IMG/VR virus record: IMGVR_UViG_3300032280_000642
Span: 64,001 to 128,000 of that record
Origin: a virus
Lineage: Duplodnaviria > Caudoviricetes
Strand: one strand, 5' to 3'
DNA length: 64,000 nucleotides
The notes beneath the pieces were generated by a model. The model saw only the letters and a program-made list of their open reading frames with translations. It did no database searches and had not been told where the DNA came from. Position 1 is the stretch's first letter; every line of letters starts with the position of its first letter. Of this stretch, positions 39,350 to 48,405 are shown one piece after another. Made by a program: the position numbers and the translations under genes.

Positions 39350-40981
39350 ATGCCAGCTACTTTTAGCATAAACTCCGGACAATTAACTGAATCAACTAGA
39401 AAACCAAATGTTCTTGCGGTTTTAAATGATATTCAAGATAATACACAAAAGTTAATATCTCCAAGAGATGTTAGAGATGCTTTTTTATCAACTTGGGCAA
39501 ATTCTCCTTTTAAGATAACAACACCAAACTCACTTGCAAATTATGAGTATATAGGATTAGATTCTAGTAATCCAGGTAATAGAGATATTAAACAAAAAAT
39601 ACTTTTAGGTAAAAGATCATATGGTAATTTAGATGTTATGAATAATTTCCTTTTAAGTTCTGAAGCCGATATATTCTTATTTAATACAAAACCCGATACT
39701 ATAACACAAAGTTCTACTAAAATTGCGATTTTATCTGGTACTAATTCTAATTTATACAAATTTGCTCCTTATATAGAGTCATATACAAACCCTTCAGAAA
39801 CTAAGACAGATCTTAATATTATTAATCCATCACAAAATGGTGCTATAAATCTTTTCTCACAAACAGGTCGAGTTTCAATTAATGATATTGTATTTCCTAC
39901 AGTTGCAGAAACATTTGGTTCTGCATCAGATGGTAGAATATTAAGATATAGAGGAGTTTATCCAAGTGGTTATTTAAAATGGGAAGAACCTACTATCACA
40001 CTTAATGTTATTGGTACTCCTGGGTATGCAACAAATATCTATGGTAGCACAGTTAGTTTAAATGGTTATTCATTAGAGTTTATTGAACCTGATGATGTTC
40101 CTACAACTATTGGTGGTATAGAAATGGGTGCATCATTTTCTGGTAATTCATTCTATAATGGTTCAGGTTATCAAAACTGGCCAATTACAGAGGTTCTAAA
40201 AGAACTTTTATATCCTTATACTCCACCAGTTTTAGAACTAAGTATTGTAAATAATGTAACTGGTACAATATATGCAGAGGTTGGTAAAACTGCTTCAGCC
40301 GTTTTAACGTACAAAGTAACAACTTATCAAAGAAATGTAGCTGAGAGGATTTTTAATTATCAAGTTGTTCCTCAAACAAGTTATGTTAACTTGTCACTTT
40401 CTGGAGTACCTGGTACTTTCGCAGGTGCAACTATTTCAGTTGCTACATATAGTGCAGGTGGTCCGGCTGGATCATTTATAAAAACTTGGTCATTAAGTGT
40501 ATCTGATAGTTCACTAATAACTTTCTCATATAGTGCAACTGCTTCATTAGAATTTGTTTATCCAATCTGGTATGGTTTCACATCATCATTAATAACGAAT
40601 CCAACAACACTTGGAAATATAACACCTCATTTAAGTAAGCTAATAGCACCTTATCCTGGTGCAAGTAATTCACATACATTACCATTTAATGGAGAAGGTT
40701 ATTTATACTTTATACATCATAAGGATCAAAACTGGAATAATACTTCAGTTGCTCCTGAATTTAGTGGATTACAACAGATAAAGGATCCAAATGGATATAT
40801 TATACATAATAGATTATCTCCAGAATATTCTGGATTTACAAGTTCAGAAATAAACCATCCAGTAATACCAGGTGTTGGAGGATATCCAGAACTATTTGTA
40901 GTTTGGAGAACTAAATACCTATGTTCATATCCAGGACCGAGTGGTGGAAATGGAACAGGTGATTTTAAATTTATATTTTAA
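39350..40981 (+). CDS. Putative structural (tail/fibre-associated) protein, paralog A
   Basis: S/T/G-rich beta composition; shares DNxxKLIxPxDxRxA, RDIKxK..GKRSY, DIFLFNTK and NGYSLE with the next gene. Confidence 0.55.
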   Translation: MPATFSINSGQLTESTRKPNVLAVLNDIQDNTQKLISPRDVRDAFLSTWANSPFKITTPNSLANYEYIGLDSSNPGNRDIKQKILLGKRSYGNLDVMNNFLLSSEADIFLFNTKPDTITQSSTKIAILSGTNSNLYKFAPYIESYTNPSETKTDLNIINPSQNGAINLFSQTGRVSINDIVFPTVAETFGSASDGRILRYRGVYPSGYLKWEEPTITLNVIGTPGYATNIYGSTVSLNGYSLEFIEPDDVPTTIGGIEMGASFSGNSFYNGSGYQNWPITEVLKELLYPYTPPVLELSIVNNVTGTIYAEVGKTASAVLTYKVTTYQRNVAERIFNYQVVPQTSYVNLSLSGVPGTFAGATISVATYSAGGPAGSFIKTWSLSVSDSSLITFSYSATASLEFVYPIWYGFTSSLITNPTTLGNITPHLSKLIAPYPGASNSHTLPFNGEGYLYFIHHKDQNWNNTSVAPEFSGLQQIKDPNGYIIHNRLSPEYSGFTSSEINHPVIPGVGGYPELFVVWRTKYLCSYPGPSGGNGTGDFKFIF

Positions 40982-40987
40982 TAAGAA

Positions 40988-42508
40988 ATGGGAACATTCA
41001 GTGTAAATAATGGTCAAATTACAGAAGCGAATAATTATCCACTTCATATACAAAGTAATTTTGATGATATACTTTTAACTTTAAAGGATAACGTAGATAA
41101 ACTTATCGACCCTAAAGATATACGTAATGCTATTTTATCTTTATGGTCAAGTGTTCCATTTAAACAAACATCAACTGCTTCTTCTATTTCTAGTACTACT
41201 GATAGATATGTTGGTCTAGATGCAACTGATCCAAGTGATAGAGATATTAAAAAGAAATTATTTATTGGTAAAAGATCCTACTCAGGTACTCAATCATATG
41301 ATAACTCACATGATATTATGACACCAGAATTACTAGATAGTGATATAGATATTTTCTTATTTAATACTAAGCAAGATACCGTTTCAAATACAATAACAAG
41401 AATGTCTATTTTATCTGGTAAAAATACTGGATTATATACTGTTGCACCATTTATACAAAGTCAATTTATTTCAGGTGCTACAGAATCTTTATCTATTGAC
41501 TTTGTTTCTAGGATAGGTAATGTGAATGTTAGAAATTATGAAAATATACTAGATAATACACAAGGAACATTTTCAGTAAATACTATTCAAATACCAACTT
41601 CTATAGAAAGTGCTACTTCATCTGGATTAGAAAGTAAAACTTTTGTTTGGAGAAATGGCAGACCAAGATGGGAAGAACTAACTCTTCCAGTTTTAAGTAC
41701 AATTGGAACATCCAGTGAAACACTAACAATATATGGAAATCCTACAAATGTAAATGGTTATTCATTAGAATTAAATACAACTGATTATACACCTAGAACA
41801 TTTGGTGGAATACCAATGGGTTCAACATTTAATAATGTTGCCATTTCAGAAATTTTGAGAAGAATACTTTATCCTTATTTAGGTCCTTTATGTACTATAA
41901 CAACTGATTATAATTATTATGAGTTAGGAACATATCCTACAGTTATACTTGATTATACAATTACTAAAAGAACTAATCCAACACAACTTGGAAGTTTAAC
42001 TAATATGTCACCTGCAATTGTTGATTCAATTACAACTGATGATCATATCACTGTTTCTGGAACTTCTAGTGGACAAATACCTAATAATCAATTAGGTGAA
42101 GACCCTATTGTTTTTTCAATTAGTGTTACTGATGGAATAAAAACTGCAACAGCAAGTACTTTTATACAAGGTATTATTCCTTATTTCTATGGAGTAAGTT
42201 CATTGAGTTCGTTTAGTAATTTAACACAAATAACACTAACAAAATTAGTTGAGACACAAGGTGATAAAGAACTTTATCTTACCGGATTATCTGGACAATA
42301 TTTATACTTTATTTATGATGCAAGTTATCCGGATTTATCACAGATAATAGACGGTGATGATAATGATGTTCTTAGTTTTTTCACACTATCAACTTTAACA
42401 CTTGGATCACCACAAAGTTATTGGGCAAATAGAAGTTTTAAAATTTATAAAAGAGCAATAATAACACCAATTGGACCTCCTAATGTAAAATACCAATTTA
42501 GATATTAA
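40988..42508 (+). CDS. Putative structural (tail/fibre-associated) protein, paralog B
   Basis: Colinear similarity to 39350..40981. Confidence 0.55.
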   Translation: MGTFSVNNGQITEANNYPLHIQSNFDDILLTLKDNVDKLIDPKDIRNAILSLWSSVPFKQTSTASSISSTTDRYVGLDATDPSDRDIKKKLFIGKRSYSGTQSYDNSHDIMTPELLDSDIDIFLFNTKQDTVSNTITRMSILSGKNTGLYTVAPFIQSQFISGATESLSIDFVSRIGNVNVRNYENILDNTQGTFSVNTIQIPTSIESATSSGLESKTFVWRNGRPRWEELTLPVLSTIGTSSETLTIYGNPTNVNGYSLELNTTDYTPRTFGGIPMGSTFNNVAISEILRRILYPYLGPLCTITTDYNYYELGTYPTVILDYTITKRTNPTQLGSLTNMSPAIVDSITTDDHITVSGTSSGQIPNNQLGEDPIVFSISVTDGIKTATASTFIQGIIPYFYGVSSLSSFSNLTQITLTKLVETQGDKELYLTGLSGQYLYFIYDASYPDLSQIIDGDDNDVLSFFTLSTLTLGSPQSYWANRSFKIYKRAIITPIGPPNVKYQFRY

Positions 42509-42526
42509 AAAAAATATATATAGTTT

Positions 42527-44968
42527 ATGCCAATAATAATAATAGATAATTTTCAAGTAGATATAAGTAACCCTATAGATAATAGATTTGTAGTTGGTTC
42601 TCAATCAATTCCATCTGGACCAAACCCTGTTTATCCAACACCTTTTTATGCTTATAAACAGGATATAGTTTATAAGTATCCTGGTCTTAGAATATGGGAT
42701 TTTAATGATAATGTTCCTTATGTTTGGGATGGTACACAATGGATAAATGAAAATACAACTGGTGCATTAGTACAAAATGCCGCAACTGGTAATACCGGTT
42801 TTGAAAATTTTGTAACTAAATTTGCAAATAATACAACACTTTTAACAAAGAGTTTACTATTTGATAACACGACTCATGTTGGATTAGGTCTTACAACACC
42901 TACTCCAAACAATTATTCACCAAGTCCAATAAGTTCGTCCACCCCTATTAACGGACTACACGTTTCTGGTAATATTAAAACAAATAATTATTTTATTGGA
43001 AATGGACAGTTTATTAATGACATACACGCACCTAATATAACAACTGGATATTTAAGTTTAGCCAGAATATTTCCACCGAATCCGATAACACCTGGGCTTA
43101 CTTATCTTTTAAAGAATATATCTGGTAATACTTCTTGGGATTTACTTACTACGATAATGCCATTTACTAGTGCAGCAAATTCTACTTTATCACCTTCTTT
43201 AACTAATATATACGGAAATGGTGGTACTGTTTATCAAGGAATATCGGTAGATCCACTTACTGGAGCAGGGACACTATTATTTAAACCTTTGGTATCAACT
43301 GGACTTCAAATTACTGATAATATAGATCATATAAGAATAGAAAGTAAAGCAGGTGTAAATATAGGAGTAGGTAGTGCATCTTTTTATGCAGGTCTTAATG
43401 GAAATCAATTACACCAGTTTAAATCTATTAAATCTAATAATTTAGCTATCTCAGAATCTAACGATCTAGTAAATATTGATGTAATTATAGTATCTGGTTC
43501 ATTAAATATAACAGCATCACAATCAAATGGATTTCCAGCAATACAGATTGAGACACCTGTGGATGTAAATGATAAGTCATTTTATGTTAATCAAAATTAT
43601 GTTGGTCCTGAGCAAGGAACAATTGCAAAACCTTATAGATCTTTGAGAGCGGCCGTACAGGCATTTATTGGTGCTGGTACAAAATTTATACCTGAGTGGA
43701 GGTATAGAGGTAAAATTGTATTACTTAGTAGTGTATATACTCCTAGTAACAATACCGATCCAAATTATATTGATTATTTAGATGTAAATTTCTTAGTAAT
43801 TGAAGGTGGTGGATTTGAATTGAACTATAGTGGTGGTATGTCATATTTTATATCAACTAAAAACATACTTTATCCAGTTAATAGTGTTTTTGGACTTGCC
43901 TCCACTGCTATTTTCCCTTTTAGTTATGGTGGAAATGGCCAAGGACCTATAAATCCTACTACACAAAGAATAAATAATAGTGATATTGCATTATGGTTTA
44001 GGAATTTATCAATCGTGTCAAATAAACATGGTATTATTTATCACTTAAATTATTCCTCACCTATTGACCCAGAATATACACAGCAAAATTCATCATATAT
44101 TAGTTTAAAAGATTGTAGTATATATGATTATGCCTTTTTGAATCAAACATCTTCTTATAGTCCAGCATATGTAAATGGTACTTCAGGTACACAAGCTACA
44201 AATTTCGGATCACCAGTATATGTACAAAGTGGTTTACCAACAAATGAATATGTTATTGTAGCAGAGAATAGAAATTGGAACGGAGAAGGTGCTTTTGACT
44301 TTGTAGATTGTACAGTTATTGGAAGTTCAACAACCGCTGTTTATGTTTACAATACTTCTTGTTCTTGGTATAATATTACAATTAGCTATCAAACAGAATA
44401 TACAAATTATAACAATACAGTACTTATAGGATCAGGTCCTAATAGAAGATATACTCCAAAAACAGGAATTTTTTATATATTATCAAAATATGATAAAGGT
44501 GCACCAACTTATAAACTTAAAGCTAATTATCTAAGAATAGAAGGATTTAAAGAATATTCTTCAAGTGCAAGTGCAAATAACTATCAAATTGGTGGTAATG
44601 AAGCATTGTTTAAATTAGAACATACTCCACACGTATTTACACCTGGTCCAGATGCAGGTATTTATTCTTATTTTGAAATAAAAAATGGTTATGTTTATGG
44701 TGAAGTATGTAATCATCTTATTATGACCGACTATAAACATACTGCTCAGTTGAATGACTGTGATTTCTCAAGATTTGCAAGTTTAGACCCAACCTATGGT
44801 GCATTTAAACTTACTAGTAGTACCACAGGGCAAAGAAATATTGGCTTACAAGGCTGTTATATCAAGGATGTAAAAAATCCTGGTACTAATCTTCTGTTTA
44901 TAAAACCATATACACCATTTTCCATCATAAATAATAATTTATTTACATTAACGTCAGGAACTTATTAA
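42527..44968 (+). CDS. Putative tail fibre/tailspike with beta-helix-like C-terminal region
   Basis: PIDNRFVV N-terminus; FYVN...GTIAKPYRSL motif that typically precedes beta-helix domains; late promoter. Confidence 0.55.
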   Translation: MPIIIIDNFQVDISNPIDNRFVVGSQSIPSGPNPVYPTPFYAYKQDIVYKYPGLRIWDFNDNVPYVWDGTQWINENTTGALVQNAATGNTGFENFVTKFANNTTLLTKSLLFDNTTHVGLGLTTPTPNNYSPSPISSSTPINGLHVSGNIKTNNYFIGNGQFINDIHAPNITTGYLSLARIFPPNPITPGLTYLLKNISGNTSWDLLTTIMPFTSAANSTLSPSLTNIYGNGGTVYQGISVDPLTGAGTLLFKPLVSTGLQITDNIDHIRIESKAGVNIGVGSASFYAGLNGNQLHQFKSIKSNNLAISESNDLVNIDVIIVSGSLNITASQSNGFPAIQIETPVDVNDKSFYVNQNYVGPEQGTIAKPYRSLRAAVQAFIGAGTKFIPEWRYRGKIVLLSSVYTPSNNTDPNYIDYLDVNFLVIEGGGFELNYSGGMSYFISTKNILYPVNSVFGLASTAIFPFSYGGNGQGPINPTTQRINNSDIALWFRNLSIVSNKHGIIYHLNYSSPIDPEYTQQNSSYISLKDCSIYDYAFLNQTSSYSPAYVNGTSGTQATNFGSPVYVQSGLPTNEYVIVAENRNWNGEGAFDFVDCTVIGSSTTAVYVYNTSCSWYNITISYQTEYTNYNNTVLIGSGPNRRYTPKTGIFYILSKYDKGAPTYKLKANYLRIEGFKEYSSSASANNYQIGGNEALFKLEHTPHVFTPGPDAGIYSYFEIKNGYVYGEVCNHLIMTDYKHTAQLNDCDFSRFASLDPTYGAFKLTSSTTGQRNIGLQGCYIKDVKNPGTNLLFIKPYTPFSIINNNLFTLTSGTY

Positions 44969-44969
44969 T

Positions 44970-45001
44970 AAAAAAAGAGACTTTAAAAGTCTCTTTTTTT
45001 T
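44970..45001. terminator. Bidirectional intrinsic terminator
   Basis: AAAAAAAGAGACTTTAAAAGTCTCTTTTTTT. Confidence 0.8.
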
Positions 45002-45704
45002 ATTCTTCTATTTTTTCAAACCACCAGTTAAAATAAATATAATTATCTCCAACTAAGTTATATACATCAGTATCATGCTTGATAATAATTTTATCATTGT
45101 GTGCTCTAATTAATTCAATCTCAATTCCAGCTTCCATTTTTAATTGTTTCCCCGTTTCAGTAGAATAACAATAAACTTCATTATTTAATAATCTATACAT
45201 TCCTGGTTCTGGTTTTAACCAAGATTTTAATGTTTTAATAATCAATCCTTTTATTTTAATAACCCATTCTTTTGGTTGATATAAATCATAATCTTTAAAA
45301 ACTTCAGAAGTAATATCTGGTGAAGGAGACATCATATCTTCAATAACACCCCAATATTCTTCTTCTCCAATTGTAAATGCAATATAAACATCATATTTTA
45401 ATGAAGTTGATTTAATAATTCTTAAAACTTTTAATGCAGTAATATCTTGTTCTTCTAATGCTAATTTACTTCTAAGTGCTTTATAAGCATTAGTTCCCTT
45501 TAAATTATACATAATGTCATTAATACGTGACATCGCTTGTCTAATCATATCCTGGTTCTTATCAAATGCGTTGATAGAAAGAGCAGGATCATCAACATGT
45601 GAGGATGCTTGAACAGAATCACTATTAAATCTTTGTAAGTTGAATTCCGATGTTTCAAACACTTTTGTAAATTGTGAAAATTTTAAAATTTTTAATTTAT
45701 CCAT
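45000..45704 (-). CDS. Hypothetical protein with leader-like LKFSQFTKVFE
   Basis: Late promoter 4 nt before the ATG. Confidence 0.7.
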   Translation of the reverse strand: MDKLKILKFSQFTKVFETSEFNLQRFNSDSVQASSHVDDPALSINAFDKNQDMIRQAMSRINDIMYNLKGTNAYKALRSKLALEEQDITALKVLRIIKSTSLKYDVYIAFTIGEEEYWGVIEDMMSPSPDITSEVFKDYDLYQPKEWVIKIKGLIIKTLKSWLKPEPGMYRLLNNEVYCYSTETGKQLKMEAGIEIELIRAHNDKIIIKHDTDVYNLVGDNYIYFNWWFEKIEE

Positions 45705-45707
45705 TAA

Positions 45708-46805
45708 CTATATATTAAAAATAATATTCATCTTTTCATCTATATCTTCATCATATCTTATTATATGAAGAGTTATGTTATTATCGAAACAATAATTTAG
45801 CTTCAATTCATCTCTCTTTTTATGTATTTCAAAACCAATTTCATCTACATGCATTAGTTTATTAAATTTATAATGTTGTTCTCCATTAAACTCCAATAAA
45901 CATTTTATATTATTAGATTCATCAAATATGACAAAGTCAAAAAATAAGTTGTTTATATATTTTAAACCATTGAAAGAATATTGTGTACCATATTTTATTT
46001 TATAATTATCTAATATTTTAGAAATTTTTAACTCACCCCTTGATATATTACATTTCCTACACCCATATCCATTCAAATGTCTACTAGGTTTTTGACTAAA
46101 AAAACCATGTTCTAAACATTTTATCTTTACTGGTGTATTATAGAGTACATAATTAACAGAATCATAATTATATCTATCTCCGTGTAATTTTTTAGACATT
46201 TCTATAAAATCACCAGTACATAATCTTTTTTCTTCAAATACACACTTCATACAGGAACTTCCCTGTAAATGACTACTGGCCCTTTGTACAAAATCACCGT
46301 GTTTACTACATATAATAACAACTCTACTATTTGCATTTTTATAGACCACTTTATCATAACAATATTTATCATTATGAATTTCTTTTGATATTTTTATAAA
46401 ATCCGAATTACTGTAGTTATGTGTACCAGAACACTTAGAACAACCCTGACCATTCAAATGGTTATTTGGATTTTGAGTAAATTCACCGTGTAATTTACAT
46501 TTTATAATAATTTTAGTTCGACTATTTATGTAATTTATATCATCATAAATATATTTATTACCGTGTACTTTTATTGACTTCTCAATAAATTTATCCTTGG
46601 TCAATTTCATACCATCGTGATAACATTTTGCACAAGTCTGTCCTTTGTAATGCTCCTTTGGTGCTTGTTCAAATATACCATGTACCATACATTCTATTTT
46701 AACTTTAGTACTATTGTTTTTATAAACAACACTATCATAATTATATTTATTACCGTGTATTTCTTTAAATTTTTCTAAAAAATTATACCTATTTAATTTA
46801 TCCAT
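45708..46805 (-). CDS. Homing-endonuclease-like protein: four Zn-ribbon repeats plus Vsr/PD-(D/E)XK-like nuclease (start revised to MDKLNRY)
   Basis: Repeats F.E....HG.KY.Y..V.Y...KV.I.C..HG.F.Q....H..G..C.KC; C-terminal SRGE..FDF..LEFNGEQHY..IRY. Confidence 0.75.
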   Translation of the reverse strand: MDKLNRYNFLEKFKEIHGNKYNYDSVVYKNNSTKVKIECMVHGIFEQAPKEHYKGQTCAKCYHDGMKLTKDKFIEKSIKVHGNKYIYDDINYINSRTKIIIKCKLHGEFTQNPNNHLNGQGCSKCSGTHNYSNSDFIKISKEIHNDKYCYDKVVYKNANSRVVIICSKHGDFVQRASSHLQGSSCMKCVFEEKRLCTGDFIEMSKKLHGDRYNYDSVNYVLYNTPVKIKCLEHGFFSQKPSRHLNGYGCRKCNISRGELKISKILDNYKIKYGTQYSFNGLKYINNLFFDFVIFDESNNIKCLLEFNGEQHYKFNKLMHVDEIGFEIHKKRDELKLNYCFDNNITLHIIRYDEDIDEKMNIIFNI

Positions 46806-46897
46806 ATTTCTATATATTAAATTATGTAGATTAAATACACAAAATACCAAAATAATTTAAAAATATATAGTTAAATATAAAATTATAATCCGATAAA

Positions 46898-47218
46898 ATG
46901 AAAATAAGAAGATTTTTTGAAAGTGAAGAACAAATAGATATTTCTCCAGAGAGAATTGGTGAGATGATGAATGAACTAAAAGAGTTCATTGCAAATATTG
47001 AAGATAAATCAAAGATAGTAGATTCTCTTGGTACTGAACTAAGTAATTATAAAAATAACTCTACAAAAAGTAATGATCAAATAGATGATTCAATTGCCGC
47101 TTTACAAGTTATTAAAAAAGATTTAGATGATTGTATAGATAAATTAGATACAGTTGTAAGTAATTTAGACTCATATAATCAAGATGGTAGAAAATATTTA
47201 TACACCGAAAACAAATAA
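46898..47218 (+). CDS. Coiled-coil protein with MKIRRFFES leader
   Basis: Heptad-like pattern; ATATATA upstream. Confidence 0.7.
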   Translation: MKIRRFFESEEQIDISPERIGEMMNELKEFIANIEDKSKIVDSLGTELSNYKNNSTKSNDQIDDSIAALQVIKKDLDDCIDKLDTVVSNLDSYNQDGRKYLYTENK

Positions 47219-47238
47219 CTATTAAATAATATAATAGT

Positions 47239-47376
47239 ATGTCATTTGCAGCGGGTTGGCCAGGAACTAACAATATAAATAATAATCAGTATAATACTGC
47301 TTGGAGAATGTGGTTAGGTTTAAGACCTTCACATAGAAAGAATAAAATCAAAAGATTATTTAATGTTAATAGGTAG
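47239..47376 (+). CDS. 45-aa peptide ending in HRKNKIKRLFN motif (not in ORF track)
   Basis: MSFAAGWPGTNNINNNQYNTAWRMWLGLRPSHRKNKIKRLFNVNR; AAAC-N17-TATAA 4 nt upstream. Confidence 0.55.
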   Translation: MSFAAGWPGTNNINNNQYNTAWRMWLGLRPSHRKNKIKRLFNVNR

Positions 47377-47599
47377 AAAAGGTAAAGAAACAACAGATCC
47401 AGGTTATATTTATGTACCTTATCTAATGGCACAAAGTATAACTACTACTATACAAAGTAAGAACTACTTTAGAAAAATTAAAATTAGAAGATTACTTGGT
47501 ATGCCTTCAGCAGAGAGTATCATAAAAAGTAGATATGCAACTAAAAAAGTAAATAATAATTTTTACACAACACAAGGTATAAAAAAACCACTCAATTGA
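47363..47599 (+). CDS. Mini-protein resembling the C-terminus of a gp23-type major capsid protein
   Basis: LIGRKG....PGYIYVPYLM ... KSRYATKKVNNNFY. Confidence 0.55.
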   Translation: MLIGRKGKETTDPGYIYVPYLMAQSITTTIQSKNYFRKIKIRRLLGMPSAESIIKSRYATKKVNNNFYTTQGIKKPLN

Positions 47600-47608
47600 G
47601 TGGTTTTT
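47583..47608. terminator. Bidirectional terminator, perfect 26-bp palindrome
   Basis: AAAAACCACTCAATTGAGTGGTTTTT. Confidence 0.8.
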
Positions 47609-47611
47609 ATT

Positions 47612-48130
47612 TTATTTAGTAAATTTCAATTTGTAAAGAGTTCTATAAATTAAAACAACAATATCATCAATTATACTATGTAAGTGTGTATCTTCTAATG
47701 ATATAGCTTTTCTACCGTGTTTTACAAACTCTGCCAAACCTTCAAAGTATTCAACTTTTTCTTTAGTTTTAGTTTCAGCAGTATCAATAGTTTCATAACC
47801 ATCAACAATACCATATTGTCCTTGATATGTTTCTATAACTGTATCAATTAAATCTAATATACCATCATAGTATTCACCTAATGCAGTATGTGCTGCGTGT
47901 GAACCCATTTCACCATTTACTTGTAAGTGGTAGATATGTGCCATCTCTCTTGATTCAAATAATTTAGAGAAAAGTGCAACTGGACTTCCAGGTCCTTCTT
48001 GAGTTTCTGGTTGTGGTTCTGGTTGTTCAACCTTAGTTGTTTCTACCTCAGTAGTAGTAACTTGAGGAAGATTAGCAGCAACTACTTCGTCTGCTTCGTA
48101 TATTTTTCTAATTGTAGAAAATTTTTTCAT
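47612..48130 (-). CDS. Ferritin/Dps-like four-helix protein (DUF5856-type) with leader motif
   Basis: AHIYHLQ..SHAAHTALGEYYDGI..LIDTVIETYQG...IIDDI...TLYKL. Confidence 0.65.
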   Translation of the reverse strand: MKKFSTIRKIYEADEVVAANLPQVTTTEVETTKVEQPEPQPETQEGPGSPVALFSKLFESREMAHIYHLQVNGEMGSHAAHTALGEYYDGILDLIDTVIETYQGQYGIVDGYETIDTAETKTKEKVEYFEGLAEFVKHGRKAISLEDTHLHSIIDDIVVLIYRTLYKLKFTK

Positions 48131-48212
48131 AATAAATTATTATTTTTTCTTTATATATTATTTTTTCGATATATAATTTTTAATATATATATTAAAATTT
48201 AATAACATTATT

Positions 48213-48404
48213 ATGGGATTTATAAAAAAATACAAAATGTTTACTGAAGAGGTTACTATAGAGCCACCTACAAAGGTAGAAAAACCAGTAGTTGAAGAGG
48301 ATATTTTAGAAGCAACTGCTGAAGATGTAGTGGATAGATTTGCTAGACTTTACAAAGATCTACCTAAAGAAAAGAAACAAGAAATAAATAATTACTTTAA
48401 ATAA
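48213..48404 (+). CDS. Small protein with FIKKYKMFTEE leader
   Basis: Late promoter upstream. Confidence 0.65.
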   Translation: MGFIKKYKMFTEEVTIEPPTKVEKPVVEEDILEATAEDVVDRFARLYKDLPKEKKQEINNYFK

Positions 48405-48405
48405 T

